Assembly (NCBI GenBank): GCA_018141785.1
Contig: CP073341.1
Location: 1,657,422 to 1,721,421 of the forward strand
Direction: 5' to 3'
Origin: Candidatus Paraprochloron terpiosi LD05
Lineage (GTDB): Bacteria; Cyanobacteriota; Cyanobacteriia; Cyanobacteriales; Prochloraceae
DNA: 64,000 bases
Shown here: positions 19,513 through 29,519 of the stretch, piece after piece
How positions within the stretch are numbered: the first letter of the stretch is position 1
How the letters are laid out: every line of letters starts with the position of its first letter
The notes under the pieces: model-generated
Databases searched by the model: none
What the model was told of the DNA's origin: nothing
What the model saw: the letters and a program-made list of their open reading frames with translations, nothing else
Position numbers and translations under genes: made by a program

Positions 19513-20196
19513 ATGATTGTCTGTCCCAACTGCAATCACCAAAATCCGGAAGCAGCACTTGCCTGCGAAGCTTGCTATACTCCTTTACCCACTACCAGTA
19601 GCTGCCCTCATTGCGGCGCTACCATACAACTAGATGCCACCTTCTGCGGTCAATGTGGTTTAAATTTACCACCAGCCGAAAATGCCGAACAATTGAGAGA
19701 AACCATGGTGAATACTTCCGACCTTCCCGGATCAGTTGAAAACCAGAACCCAGATCCTGTAGTAACTCCTGTAATTCAATCTATAGAGAACTCAGAATTG
19801 GTGATGAGCAAGCCAGAATCGGAAGAAAAAACGGCTCCACCCTGTCCCGCTCCCACTTTGCTCCAAATTCGAGCAGCTCAATTAGTACATCTGCAAACCA
19901 ATACAACTATTGAAATACCGTCGAATCTGCCGATTATTCATATCGGTAAACCTAATGACCATATTCCCCCAGATATAGATGTGGCAGGTTTTCCCAATTC
20001 AGAGATTGTTTCTCGAGTTCATGCTGATATTCGCTTAGAAGGAGATACTTTTTTTATTGAGGATTTAGGTAGCTCAAATGGTACTTATGTTAACCATAAC
20101 AACCTGGTTCCTGGCAATCGCCATCGACTTCGGCCAGGCGATCGCATAGCTCTAGGAAAAGAAGACAAGGTTACTTTTATCTTCGAGCTATCTTAA
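19513..20196 (+). CDS. Zinc-ribbon + FHA domain protein
   Basis: N-terminal CPNC...CEAC...CPHC...CGQCG double zinc ribbon. C-terminal FHA with SRVHADIRLEGDTFFIEDLGSSNGTYVN. Confidence 0.8.
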   Translation: MIVCPNCNHQNPEAALACEACYTPLPTTSSCPHCGATIQLDATFCGQCGLNLPPAENAEQLRETMVNTSDLPGSVENQNPDPVVTPVIQSIENSELVMSKPESEEKTAPPCPAPTLLQIRAAQLVHLQTNTTIEIPSNLPIIHIGKPNDHIPPDIDVAGFPNSEIVSRVHADIRLEGDTFFIEDLGSSNGTYVNHNNLVPGNRHRLRPGDRIALGKEDKVTFIFELS

Positions 20197-20226
20197 ACTG
20201 CTGTTATTAATTTATACATAACAGTG

Positions 20227-21198
20227 TTAATAACACTCTAGCATACGCTCAATAGGTCTTTTCGCTGCAATGCGTATCTCCTGGGAAAGAACAATCTCTG
20301 GTGCTCGGTGCTTCATGGCTAAATACAATTTCTCTAAAGTATTCAGCCGCATATGGGGACACTCGTTACAGGCACAATTATTAATGGGCGGAGCAGGAAT
20401 AAAGCATTTGGAAGGCGCTTCCTTTTGCATTTGGTGAATAATTCCCGGCTCTGTAGCGATAATAAATACCTCCCTTGGGCTGGTTTGGCAATATTTTAAC
20501 AGGGCGGTAGTAGAACCAATATAGCTGGCGTGGCGCAGTAGGTTAGGTTCGCATTCTGGGTGAGCGATAATTTCCGCTTCTGGGTATTCTACTTGTAGCT
20601 GCACAATTTTCTTTTCCGAAAATATCTCATGGACAATACAGCTACCTTCCCACAATAACAAGTCCCGCCCCGTTTGCTCCATCACATAGCGACCCAAGTT
20701 TCTGTCTGGGGCAAAGATAATCCCCTGTTCTTCCGGAATTTGATTGACAATCTTAACAGCGTTAGAACTGGTACAAATAATATCGCTCATGGCTTTGATT
20801 GCAGCAGAGCAATTTATATAGGATACTACCACGTGATGGGGATGAGCTGCTTTGAAAGGGGCAAATTCTTCCGGTGGACAACTATCAGCCAGGGAACAAC
20901 CAGCGTTTAAATCCGGTAACAACACAAGTTTGTCGGGATTGAGGATTTTCGCCGTTTCTGCCATGAAGTGAACTCCAGCAAAGACAATGGTATCCGCATT
21001 GGTTGCTGCTGCTTTTTGTGCCAGACCAAGAGAATCGCCGATATAGTCTGCAATATCTTGAATATCCGGATCTTGGTAATAGTGAGCGAGAATGACGGCA
21101 TTTAGTTCCTGTTTGAGCACTTCAATGGCTGCAAATAGATCCTTGGGCAGCAAGTCGTCTCTGGTTCTGGTTTGTTGGGCTAAGGCAGTTGTAAACAC
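20227..21198 (-). CDS. nadA: Quinolinate synthase
   Basis: [16 protein letters not shown] ... [14 protein letters not shown] ... CSLADSC ... [12 protein letters not shown]. Confidence 0.93.
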   Translation of the reverse strand: MFTTALAQQTRTRDDLLPKDLFAAIEVLKQELNAVILAHYYQDPDIQDIADYIGDSLGLAQKAAATNADTIVFAGVHFMAETAKILNPDKLVLLPDLNAGCSLADSCPPEEFAPFKAAHPHHVVVSYINCSAAIKAMSDIICTSSNAVKIVNQIPEEQGIIFAPDRNLGRYVMEQTGRDLLLWEGSCIVHEIFSEKKIVQLQVEYPEAEIIAHPECEPNLLRHASYIGSTTALLKYCQTSPREVFIIATEPGIIHQMQKEAPSKCFIPAPPINNCACNECPHMRLNTLEKLYLAMKHRAPEIVLSQEIRIAAKRPIERMLECY

Positions 21199-21233
21199 AG
21201 TTGGTTGGGTGAAACCGCTTTCTGGATATGGCT

Positions 21234-21740
21234 TTAATTATAGTCAATTTTACCATATCTCTGAACAGCAGTCTGCAAGTGGGGTGGTAAGCAATGGTAA
21301 TATTGAGGATAAACGGGTAAACGAGGAACTAATTCCCATCCGGCTCCTGCTAAAATTTCTTTGAGATCTGCTTTGGATGTTGTCATCACCACAACTGGTA
21401 TTCTGTGTAGTTTATGGTCCGCTTTAATTTCCTTAAGTGCCTCCCTTCCATCTTTTCTAGGCATATTCAAGTCTAGTAGGATCAGGTTAGGACGGGGGGA
21501 AGAACTCAAGGAGCTATATTGACCGCGATGATAGAGATAATCCATTAATTCCTCCCCATCTTCAACAAAATATACCGCTCTAAAATCCTTCTCTTCTAGG
21601 GCTTCTTCCATCAGGAAACGGTCATCTTCATCGTCGTCTGCAACTAGTATTTCCACTACCTGTACGTGGTTATCCATTTTTTTTTGTCTACTTTCTTTTG
21701 TCTTTTTGTCCTTTTTGGGCAGAACTACTCCTTTTAACAT
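21234..21740 (-). CDS. Single-domain response regulator, paralog of 22483-22932 with a divergent C-terminus
   Basis: [20 protein letters not shown] ... [21 protein letters not shown] ... [10 protein letters not shown] is highly similar to the neighbouring RR. After TSKA the sequence diverges. The real start is possibly the Met at 21677. Confidence 0.7.
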   Translation of the reverse strand: MLKGVVLPKKDKKTKESRQKKMDNHVQVVEILVADDDEDDRFLMEEALEEKDFRAVYFVEDGEELMDYLYHRGQYSSLSSSPRPNLILLDLNMPRKDGREALKEIKADHKLHRIPVVVMTTSKADLKEILAGAGWELVPRLPVYPQYYHCLPPHLQTAVQRYGKIDYN

Positions 21741-21798
21741 CGCTTTATGCGATATTTTATCAAAGCATTAATTCCAAAAACTTGGATATCTTTGACTG

Positions 21799-22467
21799 TT
21801 AATCCTCTGTTTTTTCTTCTACTAGGTTTTTAAATCGAGAATCATTCATAAAATTATCAATTTTTTCCTTCATGCGCCCGACGTTTTTTTTGATTAACAA
21901 TAACATATTTTTACCCTTCTCGTCCAACTTATCCTCATAATAAGTTATCATAAATTCAGCTAGAGAGCCAAGGGCTCGCATAGGAACCTGTAAATCTTGG
22001 GAAATAAAATAAGTAAAGTTCTTCAACTCTCGATTTGCTTCTTCCAATTCAGCTAAAAGCTGGTCTTGTTTTGCGTCTCTCTGCTTCCGTTCAAGGGCGT
22101 GGAGGATGGACCTTTCCAGTATAGCCGTATCCATCTGATCCTTCATGAGATAGTCTGCCGCCCCTATCTTCATAGCTTCTTGATCTATTTGATTGTCTCC
22201 CAACCCAGTGAGTAAAATAATCGGAGCACTAACGCCCCGGTTGATAGCTTCTTTGAGAAGTTCTAAACCAGTTTCTGGACCGAGACGGTAGTCTAAAAGA
22301 TAAATATCATGGCGCTTTTCCCCAATTACCTCAAGGGCTTCTGAGTAGGTATCGATCCAGTCGAGCTCAAACAAGCCTATTTCAGCAGTCTCCAGTAATT
22401 CTTCCGTGACAATATAATCATCCTCATCGTCATCGACCAATAAAACTTTCAAGTAGCTATTTTTCAT
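21799..22467 (-). CDS. Receiver domain fused to a DHp/HisKA-like domain lacking the phospho-His (H->Q) and lacking an ATPase domain
   Basis: The REC part is VLLVDDDEDD ... DIYLLDYRLG ... ILLTG ... GAADYLMK. It is followed by a coiled coil and FTYFISQDLQVPMRALGSLAEF. This aligns to FASVASHDLQEPLRKIQTFGDRL in the adjacent kinase, with Q at the His position. Confidence 0.75.
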   Translation of the reverse strand: MKNSYLKVLLVDDDEDDYIVTEELLETAEIGLFELDWIDTYSEALEVIGEKRHDIYLLDYRLGPETGLELLKEAINRGVSAPIILLTGLGDNQIDQEAMKIGAADYLMKDQMDTAILERSILHALERKQRDAKQDQLLAELEEANRELKNFTYFISQDLQVPMRALGSLAEFMITYYEDKLDEKGKNMLLLIKKNVGRMKEKIDNFMNDSRFKNLVEEKTED

Positions 22468-22482
22468 GAATAACTCCCTAAA

Positions 22483-22932
22483 TTACGCCCTGGGTAACTC
22501 GACAAGTCCAAACCAGTAGTGATCTAACATTTTCATGATGGCTACCATGGACTCAAATGTCACTGGTTTAGCAATGAAGGAATTTACCCCTAAGTCATAA
22601 GTCCGAAAGATGTCTTCTTCTGCTTTGGAGGTTGTCAGAACCACAACGGGGATTTTCTTCAGTTCTGGGTTCTCTTTAATCTCCTTCAGGGCTTCCCTTC
22701 CGTCTTTTCTGGGCATATTCAGATCCAGGAGAATCAGACTGGGACGGGGGGAGGAATCAGGATCCCTATATGGACCCCGATGGTACAAAAAATCCATTAG
22801 TTCCTCTCCATCCTCAACGAAATAAAAGTCTCCCAAATCGTTTTCTTCGAAGGCTTCCTCCATCAAGAAGCGATCGTCTTCATCATCCTCTGCCACCAGG
22901 ATTACGGTTGGCTGTCCTTCCTTTCTCATCAT
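22483..22932 (-). CDS. Single-domain CheY-like response regulator
   Basis: ILVAEDDEDD ... [13 protein letters not shown] ... VVVLTTS ... GVNSFIAKPV. Its start overlaps the kinase stop in an ATGA arrangement (22929-22932). Confidence 0.85.
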   Translation of the reverse strand: MMRKEGQPTVILVAEDDEDDRFLMEEAFEENDLGDFYFVEDGEELMDFLYHRGPYRDPDSSPRPSLILLDLNMPRKDGREALKEIKENPELKKIPVVVLTTSKAEEDIFRTYDLGVNSFIAKPVTFESMVAIMKMLDHYWFGLVELPRA

Positions 22933-24620
22933 CTATTTTCATCTGTAGTTTGTTTGGCAGGAATTGTCACAATAAAGGTGGAACCTTCACCAGGAATACT
23001 CTTGGCTGTGATTTCCCCACCGTGTCTTTCCACAATCTTGCGGCAAATAGCTAAACCAACCCCAGTGCCTTCATAAGTATTGCGCCCATGGAGACGTTGG
23101 AAAACGGTAAAGATTTTCTCCACATATTTTTCCTCGAAACCGATACCGTTATCGGTGACAGTGAGGCGACACATTTCCTTGCTAATGGGTTCTTCATCAG
23201 GGTTTTCAACTTTCTCCTCATATAAATCTGCTTGAATCTGGATTTGAGGGGTGACTTCTTCTCGGCGATACTTGAGAGCATTCCCAATGAGATTTTGGAG
23301 TAATTGTCGCATTTGCAGTCGGTCAGCTTGAATAGTGGGTAAATCTCCCAGTTCTATTTCAGCTTTTGTTTCCTCAATGCGCACTTCCAAATCGGACAAA
23401 ACCCCTTGTAAGACCCTGTTCAGATCTGCCTTGACAAAGGGTTGAGCTTTGGTGGTTACCCGGGAGAAAGCCAGGAGGTCATTAATGAGGGTTTGGGCCC
23501 TAGAAGCAGCACTCTGCATTCTTTCCAGGTAATCTTTCCCCTTATCGGGGAGCCCATCAGCAAATTTAGCTTTCAGGCGATCGCCAAAAGTTTGGATTTT
23601 ACGCAGGGGTTCCTGCAAGTCATGGGAAGCTACAGAGGCAAAGTCCTGTAACTCCCGGTTACTCTGTTCTAGTTTAGAGGTAAATTCCCGCAAATCCTGT
23701 TCTACTTTTTTCCGCTCGGAGATTTCGGAGGCTAATTCTTTGTTCGCTTCTAATAACTCAGAGGTACGGACTTGAACCCGATGGTCTAATTCTGCGTTTA
23801 ACTGCAACAGGGATTGTTCGTACTCCTTGGCTTGTGCAAAAACCTTGTCAAAAGTAGTCGTCAAAAATCCGATCTCATTTTGAGGTGGATCGGGAGGCTC
23901 AAAAATTCCCTTCTCATTACTGACTTCAACTGCTAAATTCAGTTTTTCCAATGGTCTCAGAACAGTAATATTAATGAGTATTCCCATGAACACCAGGATT
24001 ACCACTATTCCTGTGACCATGGTTACGGTGGAAGTGGAAAAAGTTTGCCACGCCGAACGTTCCATTTCCTCAAGATCCACCATCACGATGGCTATCCCGC
24101 GACTTTCGGCTGCCGGACCAAACAGAACACTGCTAAAGAAGGGAAATACTTCCACCCAAACTGATTGACCGTCCAGAATTCCCTGCCAATAAGCTTCAAC
24201 CCCGGTGCTAGCGGCTTGATCCATGGCGGTGGTCAATTCCGGATAAACCAGCCTATAGGGACCTTTTTCTTGTTGCCTCACCCCCTTACCATAAGCTAAT
24301 GTCTTCCCTGTGGGTGTTACAATTGCTACTTCCTCGATGGCTGGCAGATTGGCATAATTTTGCACCACCCGTCGCAGTATGAAAGGGGTATACCCTCCCT
24401 CCTGAACTATCTGGATCTCAATGGCTCCTTCTGTAGCAAATATTAAACCTTGGGTAATGGAATGAGCCCTTTGGCGAACTTGCTCCTCTAAGTCGGAGCG
24501 AATCAAAAGGTAATTGATACCGAGGGTAGTGGCTCCCACCGTTACCAGGGATATACCGAAGCCAGTTAGGAGTTGCCGAGACAGACTGCCCTTAAATATT
24601 CCTTTCTTCATGGTTTCCAT
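22929..24620 (-). CDS. Membrane sensor histidine kinase (extracytoplasmic loop, HAMP-like linker, coiled coil, HisKA, HATPase)
   Basis: Two TM segments, H-box SHDLQEPLRK, N-box LIGNALKY, then DNGIGF and GTGVGLAICRKIV. Confidence 0.9.
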   Translation of the reverse strand: METMKKGIFKGSLSRQLLTGFGISLVTVGATTLGINYLLIRSDLEEQVRQRAHSITQGLIFATEGAIEIQIVQEGGYTPFILRRVVQNYANLPAIEEVAIVTPTGKTLAYGKGVRQQEKGPYRLVYPELTTAMDQAASTGVEAYWQGILDGQSVWVEVFPFFSSVLFGPAAESRGIAIVMVDLEEMERSAWQTFSTSTVTMVTGIVVILVFMGILINITVLRPLEKLNLAVEVSNEKGIFEPPDPPQNEIGFLTTTFDKVFAQAKEYEQSLLQLNAELDHRVQVRTSELLEANKELASEISERKKVEQDLREFTSKLEQSNRELQDFASVASHDLQEPLRKIQTFGDRLKAKFADGLPDKGKDYLERMQSAASRAQTLINDLLAFSRVTTKAQPFVKADLNRVLQGVLSDLEVRIEETKAEIELGDLPTIQADRLQMRQLLQNLIGNALKYRREEVTPQIQIQADLYEEKVENPDEEPISKEMCRLTVTDNGIGFEEKYVEKIFTVFQRLHGRNTYEGTGVGLAICRKIVERHGGEITAKSIPGEGSTFIVTIPAKQTTDENR

Positions 24621-25082
24621 GCATCTATTGCTGCTGTTACTGCTTCTGGGTTGATTTCCACGTCTTGTCGAATAATACGACTATGACGCTGGTCGTAATC
24701 GTCCTTCTGGTTGTAACATCCTTTGATTCAAGGGAATGTCGCGTTTTTTACAGTCCAGAGTAATCCTGAGCCAAAAATTCCTGACTTTGGACCAGTTGGT
24801 TGGCCACTACGGCAAATACTTCCTCTGGTTGGTTTTCCACGGCATCCATTATGTCAAACCAGGTTAACATAAATTGGGTTAACTCATCTTGATCAGATAC
24901 CACAAAACTAGACCGAGTCATGAGACAATCAATCACCAGGCTATCCACATATCAAATAGTGGCTTGCTGGTTGTCATTGGTATTGGCTTCCTAATGGTGA
25001 GGACTCAAAATTAGACTCGGTTGTTATGGTGAATGATAAGTATTACTTATACTTTCCATGAGTAAATTTTTCTGGATATCCC

Positions 25083-25111
25083 TTGACAAAGAAAAAAAAA
25101 CCCTTTATATT
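25083..25111 (+). promoter_or_regulatory. Putative sigma70-type psbA promoter
   Basis: TTGACA (25083-25088), a 17-nt spacer, then TATATT (25106-25111), about 50 nt upstream of the psbA ATG. Confidence 0.5.
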
Positions 25112-25159
25112 AGAAATATAGATTCAGTACCTTGATAATTCAATAGCAATCATAAGAAC

Positions 25160-26242
25160 ATGACAACTACCCTGCAACAGCGCGAGAGCGCCTCAGCATG
25201 GGAGCAGTTCTGCCAGTGGATCACCAGCACCGACAACCGTCTCTATGTAGGCTGGTTTGGTGTCCTCATGATTCCCTGCCTGCTCACTGCAACCACCTGC
25301 TTCATCATCGCTTTCATCGCTGCTCCCCCTGTGGACATTGATGGTATCCGCGAGCCTGTAGCCGGTTCCTTGCTCTACGGCAACAACATCATCTCCGGTG
25401 CAGTTGTGCCCTCCTCCAACGCTATTGGTCTGCACTTCTATCCCATTTGGGAAGCAGCCTCCTTGGATGAGTGGCTCTACAACGGCGGTCCTTACCAGCT
25501 CGTTGTTTTCCACTTCCTCATTGGCGTATTCTGCTACATGGGTCGTCAGTGGGAACTGAGCTACCGCTTGGGAATGCGTCCTTGGATTTGCGTGGCTTAC
25601 AGCGCTCCTGTAGCTGCTGCCACCTCTGTATTCCTCATCTACCCCATCGGACAAGGTTCCTTCTCTGATGGAATGCCTTTGGGAATCAGCGGCACCTTCA
25701 ACTTCATGTTCGTGTTCCAAGCAGAGCACAACATCCTCATGCACCCCTTCCATATGTTGGGAGTAGCTGGTGTATTTGGTGGTTCTCTGTTCAGCGCAAT
25801 GCACGGTTCTTTGGTAACTTCCTCCTTAGTGCGGGAAACCACCGAAACCGAATCTCAGAACTACGGCTATAAGTTTGGTCAAGAAGAAGAGACCTACAAT
25901 ATCGTTGCCGCTCACGGCTACTTCGGTCGTCTTATCTTCCAATATGCTTCCTTCAACAACAGCCGTTCCTTGCACTTCTTCTTGGGTGCATGGCCAGTAG
26001 TTGGTATTTGGTTCACTGCTATGGGTATCAGCACCATGGCTTTCAACCTGAACGGTTTCAACTTCAACCAGTCTATTCTTGACTCACAAGGTCATGTAAT
26101 CGGTACCTGGGCTGACGTTCTGAACCGGGCTAACCTGGGTTTTGAAGTAATGCACGAGCGGAATGCTCACAACTTCCCCTTAGATTTGGCTGCTGGTGAG
26201 GCTGCTCCTGTAGCTCTCACTGCTCCTGCTATCCACGGGTAA
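25160..26242 (+). CDS. psbA: Photosystem II D1 protein, Gln-130 (D1:1-type) form
   Basis: 360 aa, essentially canonical D1 throughout. [11 protein letters not shown] places Q at position 130. The C-terminal extension after ...LDLAA is present. Confidence 0.98.
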   Translation: MTTTLQQRESASAWEQFCQWITSTDNRLYVGWFGVLMIPCLLTATTCFIIAFIAAPPVDIDGIREPVAGSLLYGNNIISGAVVPSSNAIGLHFYPIWEAASLDEWLYNGGPYQLVVFHFLIGVFCYMGRQWELSYRLGMRPWICVAYSAPVAAATSVFLIYPIGQGSFSDGMPLGISGTFNFMFVFQAEHNILMHPFHMLGVAGVFGGSLFSAMHGSLVTSSLVRETTETESQNYGYKFGQEEETYNIVAAHGYFGRLIFQYASFNNSRSLHFFLGAWPVVGIWFTAMGISTMAFNLNGFNFNQSILDSQGHVIGTWADVLNRANLGFEVMHERNAHNFPLDLAAGEAAPVALTAPAIHG

Positions 26243-26277
26243 TAATCAGTTACCGGGTGACTGGAATGCTTAAAAAA

Positions 26278-26310
26278 GCGTCCTCCAATTTTGGGGGGCG
26301 TTTTTTTTTT
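26278..26310 (+). terminator. Rho-independent terminator of psbA
   Basis: GCGUCCUCC-AAUUUU-GGGGGGCGU stem (9 bp including G-U pairs) followed by a T10 run. Confidence 0.7.
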
Positions 26311-26573
26311 GATGCTGTTAGAATTGATCTACATTAACACCATTGCAAATCTGTTGGGCAGCAGAGATAAAAGTCAGGTTCTCAAGTTGCAATCCACAAA
26401 ATTGTTAAAGCTTTTTGCATGACGTTCATCTAGGTTGCTCCCACAGGAATTTCCCCATCTGTCTGAGCTAGCCCAGCTTATGGACTCAAAGTTATTTTTA
26501 TGATACTACTGGCAAGGTTAGTACTTCTAAAATAATGAAATACATTAACAACCCTCATCATTTTTGCCGGCGG

Positions 26574-26825
26574 TTAAAACCGCCGGCAATAAATTGACGG
26601 GGCTACCAACCTCCCGTAAAATTCTGTGTTATTAGCTACATCTTGTTCTAGTTCTTGGAATTTAAGTAGCTCTTCTGTTTGAAGAATATCCGTCGCCTTG
26701 CTCAAATAAGATGTTAAAGCTTGGGGGACAATTTCTGTAGCTGAAGTTTGCTCTTCGGAGGCTTTTGCTTGAACTGCTTGAAGTAAATCTTCTGGAAGCT
26801 TAAAGTCAATTTGCTTTCTGCCCAT
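26574..26825 (-). CDS. Possible ribbon-helix-helix (CopG/antitoxin-like) small protein
   Basis: MGRKQIDFKLPEDLLQAVQAKASEEQTSATEIV resembles an RHH N-terminus. The 3' end of the ORF runs into the perfect hairpin GCCGGCGG-TTAAAA-CCGCCGGC (26566-26587). No partner ORF. Confidence 0.35.
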   Translation of the reverse strand: MGRKQIDFKLPEDLLQAVQAKASEEQTSATEIVPQALTSYLSKATDILQTEELLKFQELEQDVANNTEFYGRLVAPSIYCRRF

Positions 26826-27221
26826 ATTGGTCTTCTTATCTTCTTTGTGTACATTAGTACTAGATCGGCCAAATGTTATATTTGATACATTTTATAAGTA
26901 AAAGTAACTAATTCTTCATGGTGATTGACAGGAATCTGAACCGCACCAAAGACGCAGATAAACGCAGATGGGTACAGATATTTCTCCTTCTTTCCACTCT
27001 CTGCGACTCTGCGCCGGAGCGCGCAAAATTACCTCATGATGAGAAGAATTTGTGAAATAATGACTATTGTTGCGGTTTGGTAAACTATTGTTGCGAATTA
27101 TATACACTCCAGCTGACCAGTTACAAATCGGCTATGGTGGGAATATTAGAGGAAATAATGAGTAGAATAAGAGAGTATTTTTACTTCTTCCTCAATTTTC
27201 TGTCAGCCAATAGGAGAAGAA

Positions 27222-27434
27222 ATGACCCCGAAAATGCTACGTCAGTTATGGGCTTTGATTGAAAACACTCAGCCCAATGTGCTGCTCAAAGAAGATGATG
27301 CCACTTTAATCCAGTGGCTGCTGAATCGACTGGGTGATCGCCAATCTCTAGATCGTCATCAGGCGGATATTGTCACGGATTATATCCGCAGCAAAATGCC
27401 CCTGATTCGGGATTTAGCGGAAACTAGATGTTAA
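27222..27434 (+). CDS. Small hypothetical protein, overlaps the cobA/hemD start
   Basis: 70-aa ORF whose stop overlaps the next gene's start (27428-27434). No family recognised. Confidence 0.4.
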   Translation: MTPKMLRQLWALIENTQPNVLLKEDDATLIQWLLNRLGDRQSLDRHQADIVTDYIRSKMPLIRDLAETRC

Positions 27435-28963
27435 TCAACCCAGGGAAAACAAAAGGAGGTAAAGTCTATCTCGTCGGTGCTGGTCCTGGTGGGAGCGCTT
27501 ATCTCACCCTGAGAGGACAAGAATTGCTTGCTCAAGCGGAGGTATTGGTGTACGATGCTCTGATAGACTCCCAATTATTACAATTAGTCCCCAGCAGTTG
27601 CCTGAAATTAGATGTAGGTAAACGAGGGGGAGGGGTCAGTACCCCCCAAGAACGAATTAACCAATACCTGGTAGCTTATTGTCTTCAGGGGAAACAAGTG
27701 GTGCGACTCAAAGGGGGGGATCCTTTTATTTTCGGTCGCTCTCAGGAGGAAATGGCAGCTTTGCAGGCAGTCGGTTGTCCATTTGAGGTGGTTTCAGGTA
27801 TTTCTTCTGCTCTCGCAGCCCCTTTATTTGCTGGTATCCCCCTCACGGATAAGGTATTGAGTAGCTGTTTTGGGGTGGTGGATGGTCATAATCCGGCGGT
27901 TTTAGATTGGGAAGCACTGGCGCGACTTGATACTTTAGTAATCTTAATGGGGGGAGGAACTCTGGGGCAAATTGTCCATCTCCTCCAGGAACAAGGACGC
28001 CATTCTGACTGTCCCGTGGCCATAATTCGTCATGGTGGCAGGGTAGAACAAAAAATATTCAAAGGTAATTTAGGTAATATTGTAGCTGCTACTGCTGGGG
28101 AAATGCTCTCGCCTACAGTTATTGTTATTGGTGAAGTAGTTAACTTAAATAATAATTTTATGCACTTAGTTTTGCCATTAAGGGGAAAAACTGTCCTAGT
28201 GACTCGCGCTGCGCAACAGTCCACTAAGTTTACGAATCTGTTGCAAGAGCAAGGAGCAACGGTAATTGAAATGGCAGCGCTGGAAATTCGTCCTCCTTCT
28301 AGTTGGGAGGGTTTAGATAGAGCAATAACTAATTTGGAGTATTTTGACTGGTTGATCCTCACTTCTGCTAATGGGGTAGAATATTTTTGCAACCGTTTAG
28401 CAACTTTGGGTAAAGATGCTCGCGCTTTAGGGAAAATAAAAATAGCTGTAGTGGGTAAGAAAACTGCTACTTACTTGCAACAGCGTCAACTAAAACCAGA
28501 TTTTATCCCCCCCAACTTTGTTGCCGACTCCCTGGTAGAACATTTTCCCGAACCTCTTCTGGGGAAAAAGATTCTCTTTCCTCGGGTAGAAACTGGGGGG
28601 AGAGAAGTGTTAGTTACGGAATTAGGCGATGGCGGTGCTGAGGTTGTGGAAGTGGCTGCCTATGAGTCGGGGTGTCCTGCTGCAATTACTCCTGCTGCTT
28701 GGTCTGCTTTAGAACAGGGTAAAATAGATGTGGTTACTTTTGCTAGTTCTAAGACAGTGCGAAACTTTTATCAACTCATTGTAGCAGCAGTGAGGAAGAA
28801 TGAGGAAGGTAAATTGCAATCACTATGGGAAAAAGTGACTATCGCTTCTATCGGTCCTCAAACTTCCAAAACCTGTGAGCAAATTTTCGGCAGGGTGGAT
28901 ATTGAAGCCCAGGAATATACTTTAGAAGGTTTAACTACAGCGATCGCAACTTATTATTCATAA
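27428..28963 (+). CDS. cobA: Uroporphyrinogen-III C-methyltransferase fused to uroporphyrinogen-III synthase
   Basis: The N-terminal half has VYLVGAGPGG ... VLVYDAL ... VVRLKGGDPFIFGR (SUMT). The C-terminal half has GKTVLVTRA ... DWLILTSANGV ... VTFASSKTV (HemD). Confidence 0.9.
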   Translation: MLINPGKTKGGKVYLVGAGPGGSAYLTLRGQELLAQAEVLVYDALIDSQLLQLVPSSCLKLDVGKRGGGVSTPQERINQYLVAYCLQGKQVVRLKGGDPFIFGRSQEEMAALQAVGCPFEVVSGISSALAAPLFAGIPLTDKVLSSCFGVVDGHNPAVLDWEALARLDTLVILMGGGTLGQIVHLLQEQGRHSDCPVAIIRHGGRVEQKIFKGNLGNIVAATAGEMLSPTVIVIGEVVNLNNNFMHLVLPLRGKTVLVTRAAQQSTKFTNLLQEQGATVIEMAALEIRPPSSWEGLDRAITNLEYFDWLILTSANGVEYFCNRLATLGKDARALGKIKIAVVGKKTATYLQQRQLKPDFIPPNFVADSLVEHFPEPLLGKKILFPRVETGGREVLVTELGDGGAEVVEVAAYESGCPAAITPAAWSALEQGKIDVVTFASSKTVRNFYQLIVAAVRKNEEGKLQSLWEKVTIASIGPQTSKTCEQIFGRVDIEAQEYTLEGLTTAIATYYS

Positions 28964-28972
28964 ATACATAGC

Positions 28973-29161
28973 TCAAAATTTCGGATATAATCCTGCCTGC
29001 TTACAAATTTGATTTGCTGTAATTCTATCAAATGTTTTATGTCGTTTGACGGGTATCTTTTTGCTGTCATTTGTGTAGATTGAGTGATTACCACCTTCTC
29101 TTAAAAGATAAAAGCCATTTTCTTTCAAATAGGACAATAGTTCACGGCGTTTGACCGACAT
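28973..29161 (-). CDS. hicA: HicA-family mRNA interferase toxin
   Basis: MSVKRRELLSYLKENGFYLLREGGNHSIYTN...IPVKRH..., the YcfA/HicA signature. Start taken at the internal Met. Confidence 0.8.
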   Translation of the reverse strand: MSVKRRELLSYLKENGFYLLREGGNHSIYTNDSKKIPVKRHKTFDRITANQICKQAGLYPKF

Positions 29162-29381
29162 AATTAACCTCAACGGGCACTTGTTCTATCAGACTATTAC
29201 CTAAGGGGATCTCTTGGTTTTGCTGACAGTAGGCTAATACCATTTCCTGGGCTGCATCTCGCAACATTCGACGGCATTCTTCCAGGTCTTTTCCTTCTGT
29301 AACTACTTCTGGCCACTCCACTAGTTGCCCCATATAACCAGCATCAATTTTAGTGTATTTGGCGGTGTAAGTTTGAATCAT
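29142..29381 (-). CDS. hicB: HicB-family antitoxin (UPF0150-type, no DNA-binding extension)
   Basis: YTAKYTKIDAGYMGQLVEWPEVVTEGKDLEECRRMLRDAAQEMVLAY. It lies upstream of hicA and overlaps it by 20 nt. Confidence 0.75.
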   Translation of the reverse strand: MIQTYTAKYTKIDAGYMGQLVEWPEVVTEGKDLEECRRMLRDAAQEMVLAYCQQNQEIPLGNSLIEQVPVEVNYVGQTP

Positions 29382-29519
29382 TTTGTATTTTAGCTGATGT
29401 TGCTTGAAATTCTCAAGGTATCCAGGTTAAACTGTGCTGCTGTAGGGGCGCAAGGCTTGCGCCCTCTCAGATGTAAAATTCATTCATCCGCGTCTTTGGT
29501 GCGGTTCAAATAATCTACC

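Noticed and set aside
21234-21400. Possible frameshift in the C-terminus of the distal response regulator
   Set aside because: An alternative frame gives EPDGN*FLVYPF, which loosely resembles GANSFLVKPF but contains a stop. The annotated frame ([12 protein letters not shown]) matches the motif about equally well. I cannot distinguish divergence from decay by eye, so it is left as a CDS with a note.
25193-25804. 203-aa ORF antisense to psbA (plus smaller ones at 25471-25668 and 25639-25842)
   Set aside because: It lies entirely inside the near-canonical D1 coding sequence. This is a typical shadow ORF of a strongly codon-biased gene, with no independent support.
26340-26570. Possible CRISPR repeat-like string GTTGCAATCCACAAAATTGTTAAAGC downstream of psbA
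   Set aside because: It occurs only once. No spaced repeats or cas genes are present anywhere in the window.
26830-27220. Possible cobalamin riboswitch upstream of the cobA/hemD fusion
   Set aside because: I found no B12-box-like core or the expected GGUG...AAAUCC / GCCACUG elements. The region is dominated by the dispersed low-complexity repeat module.
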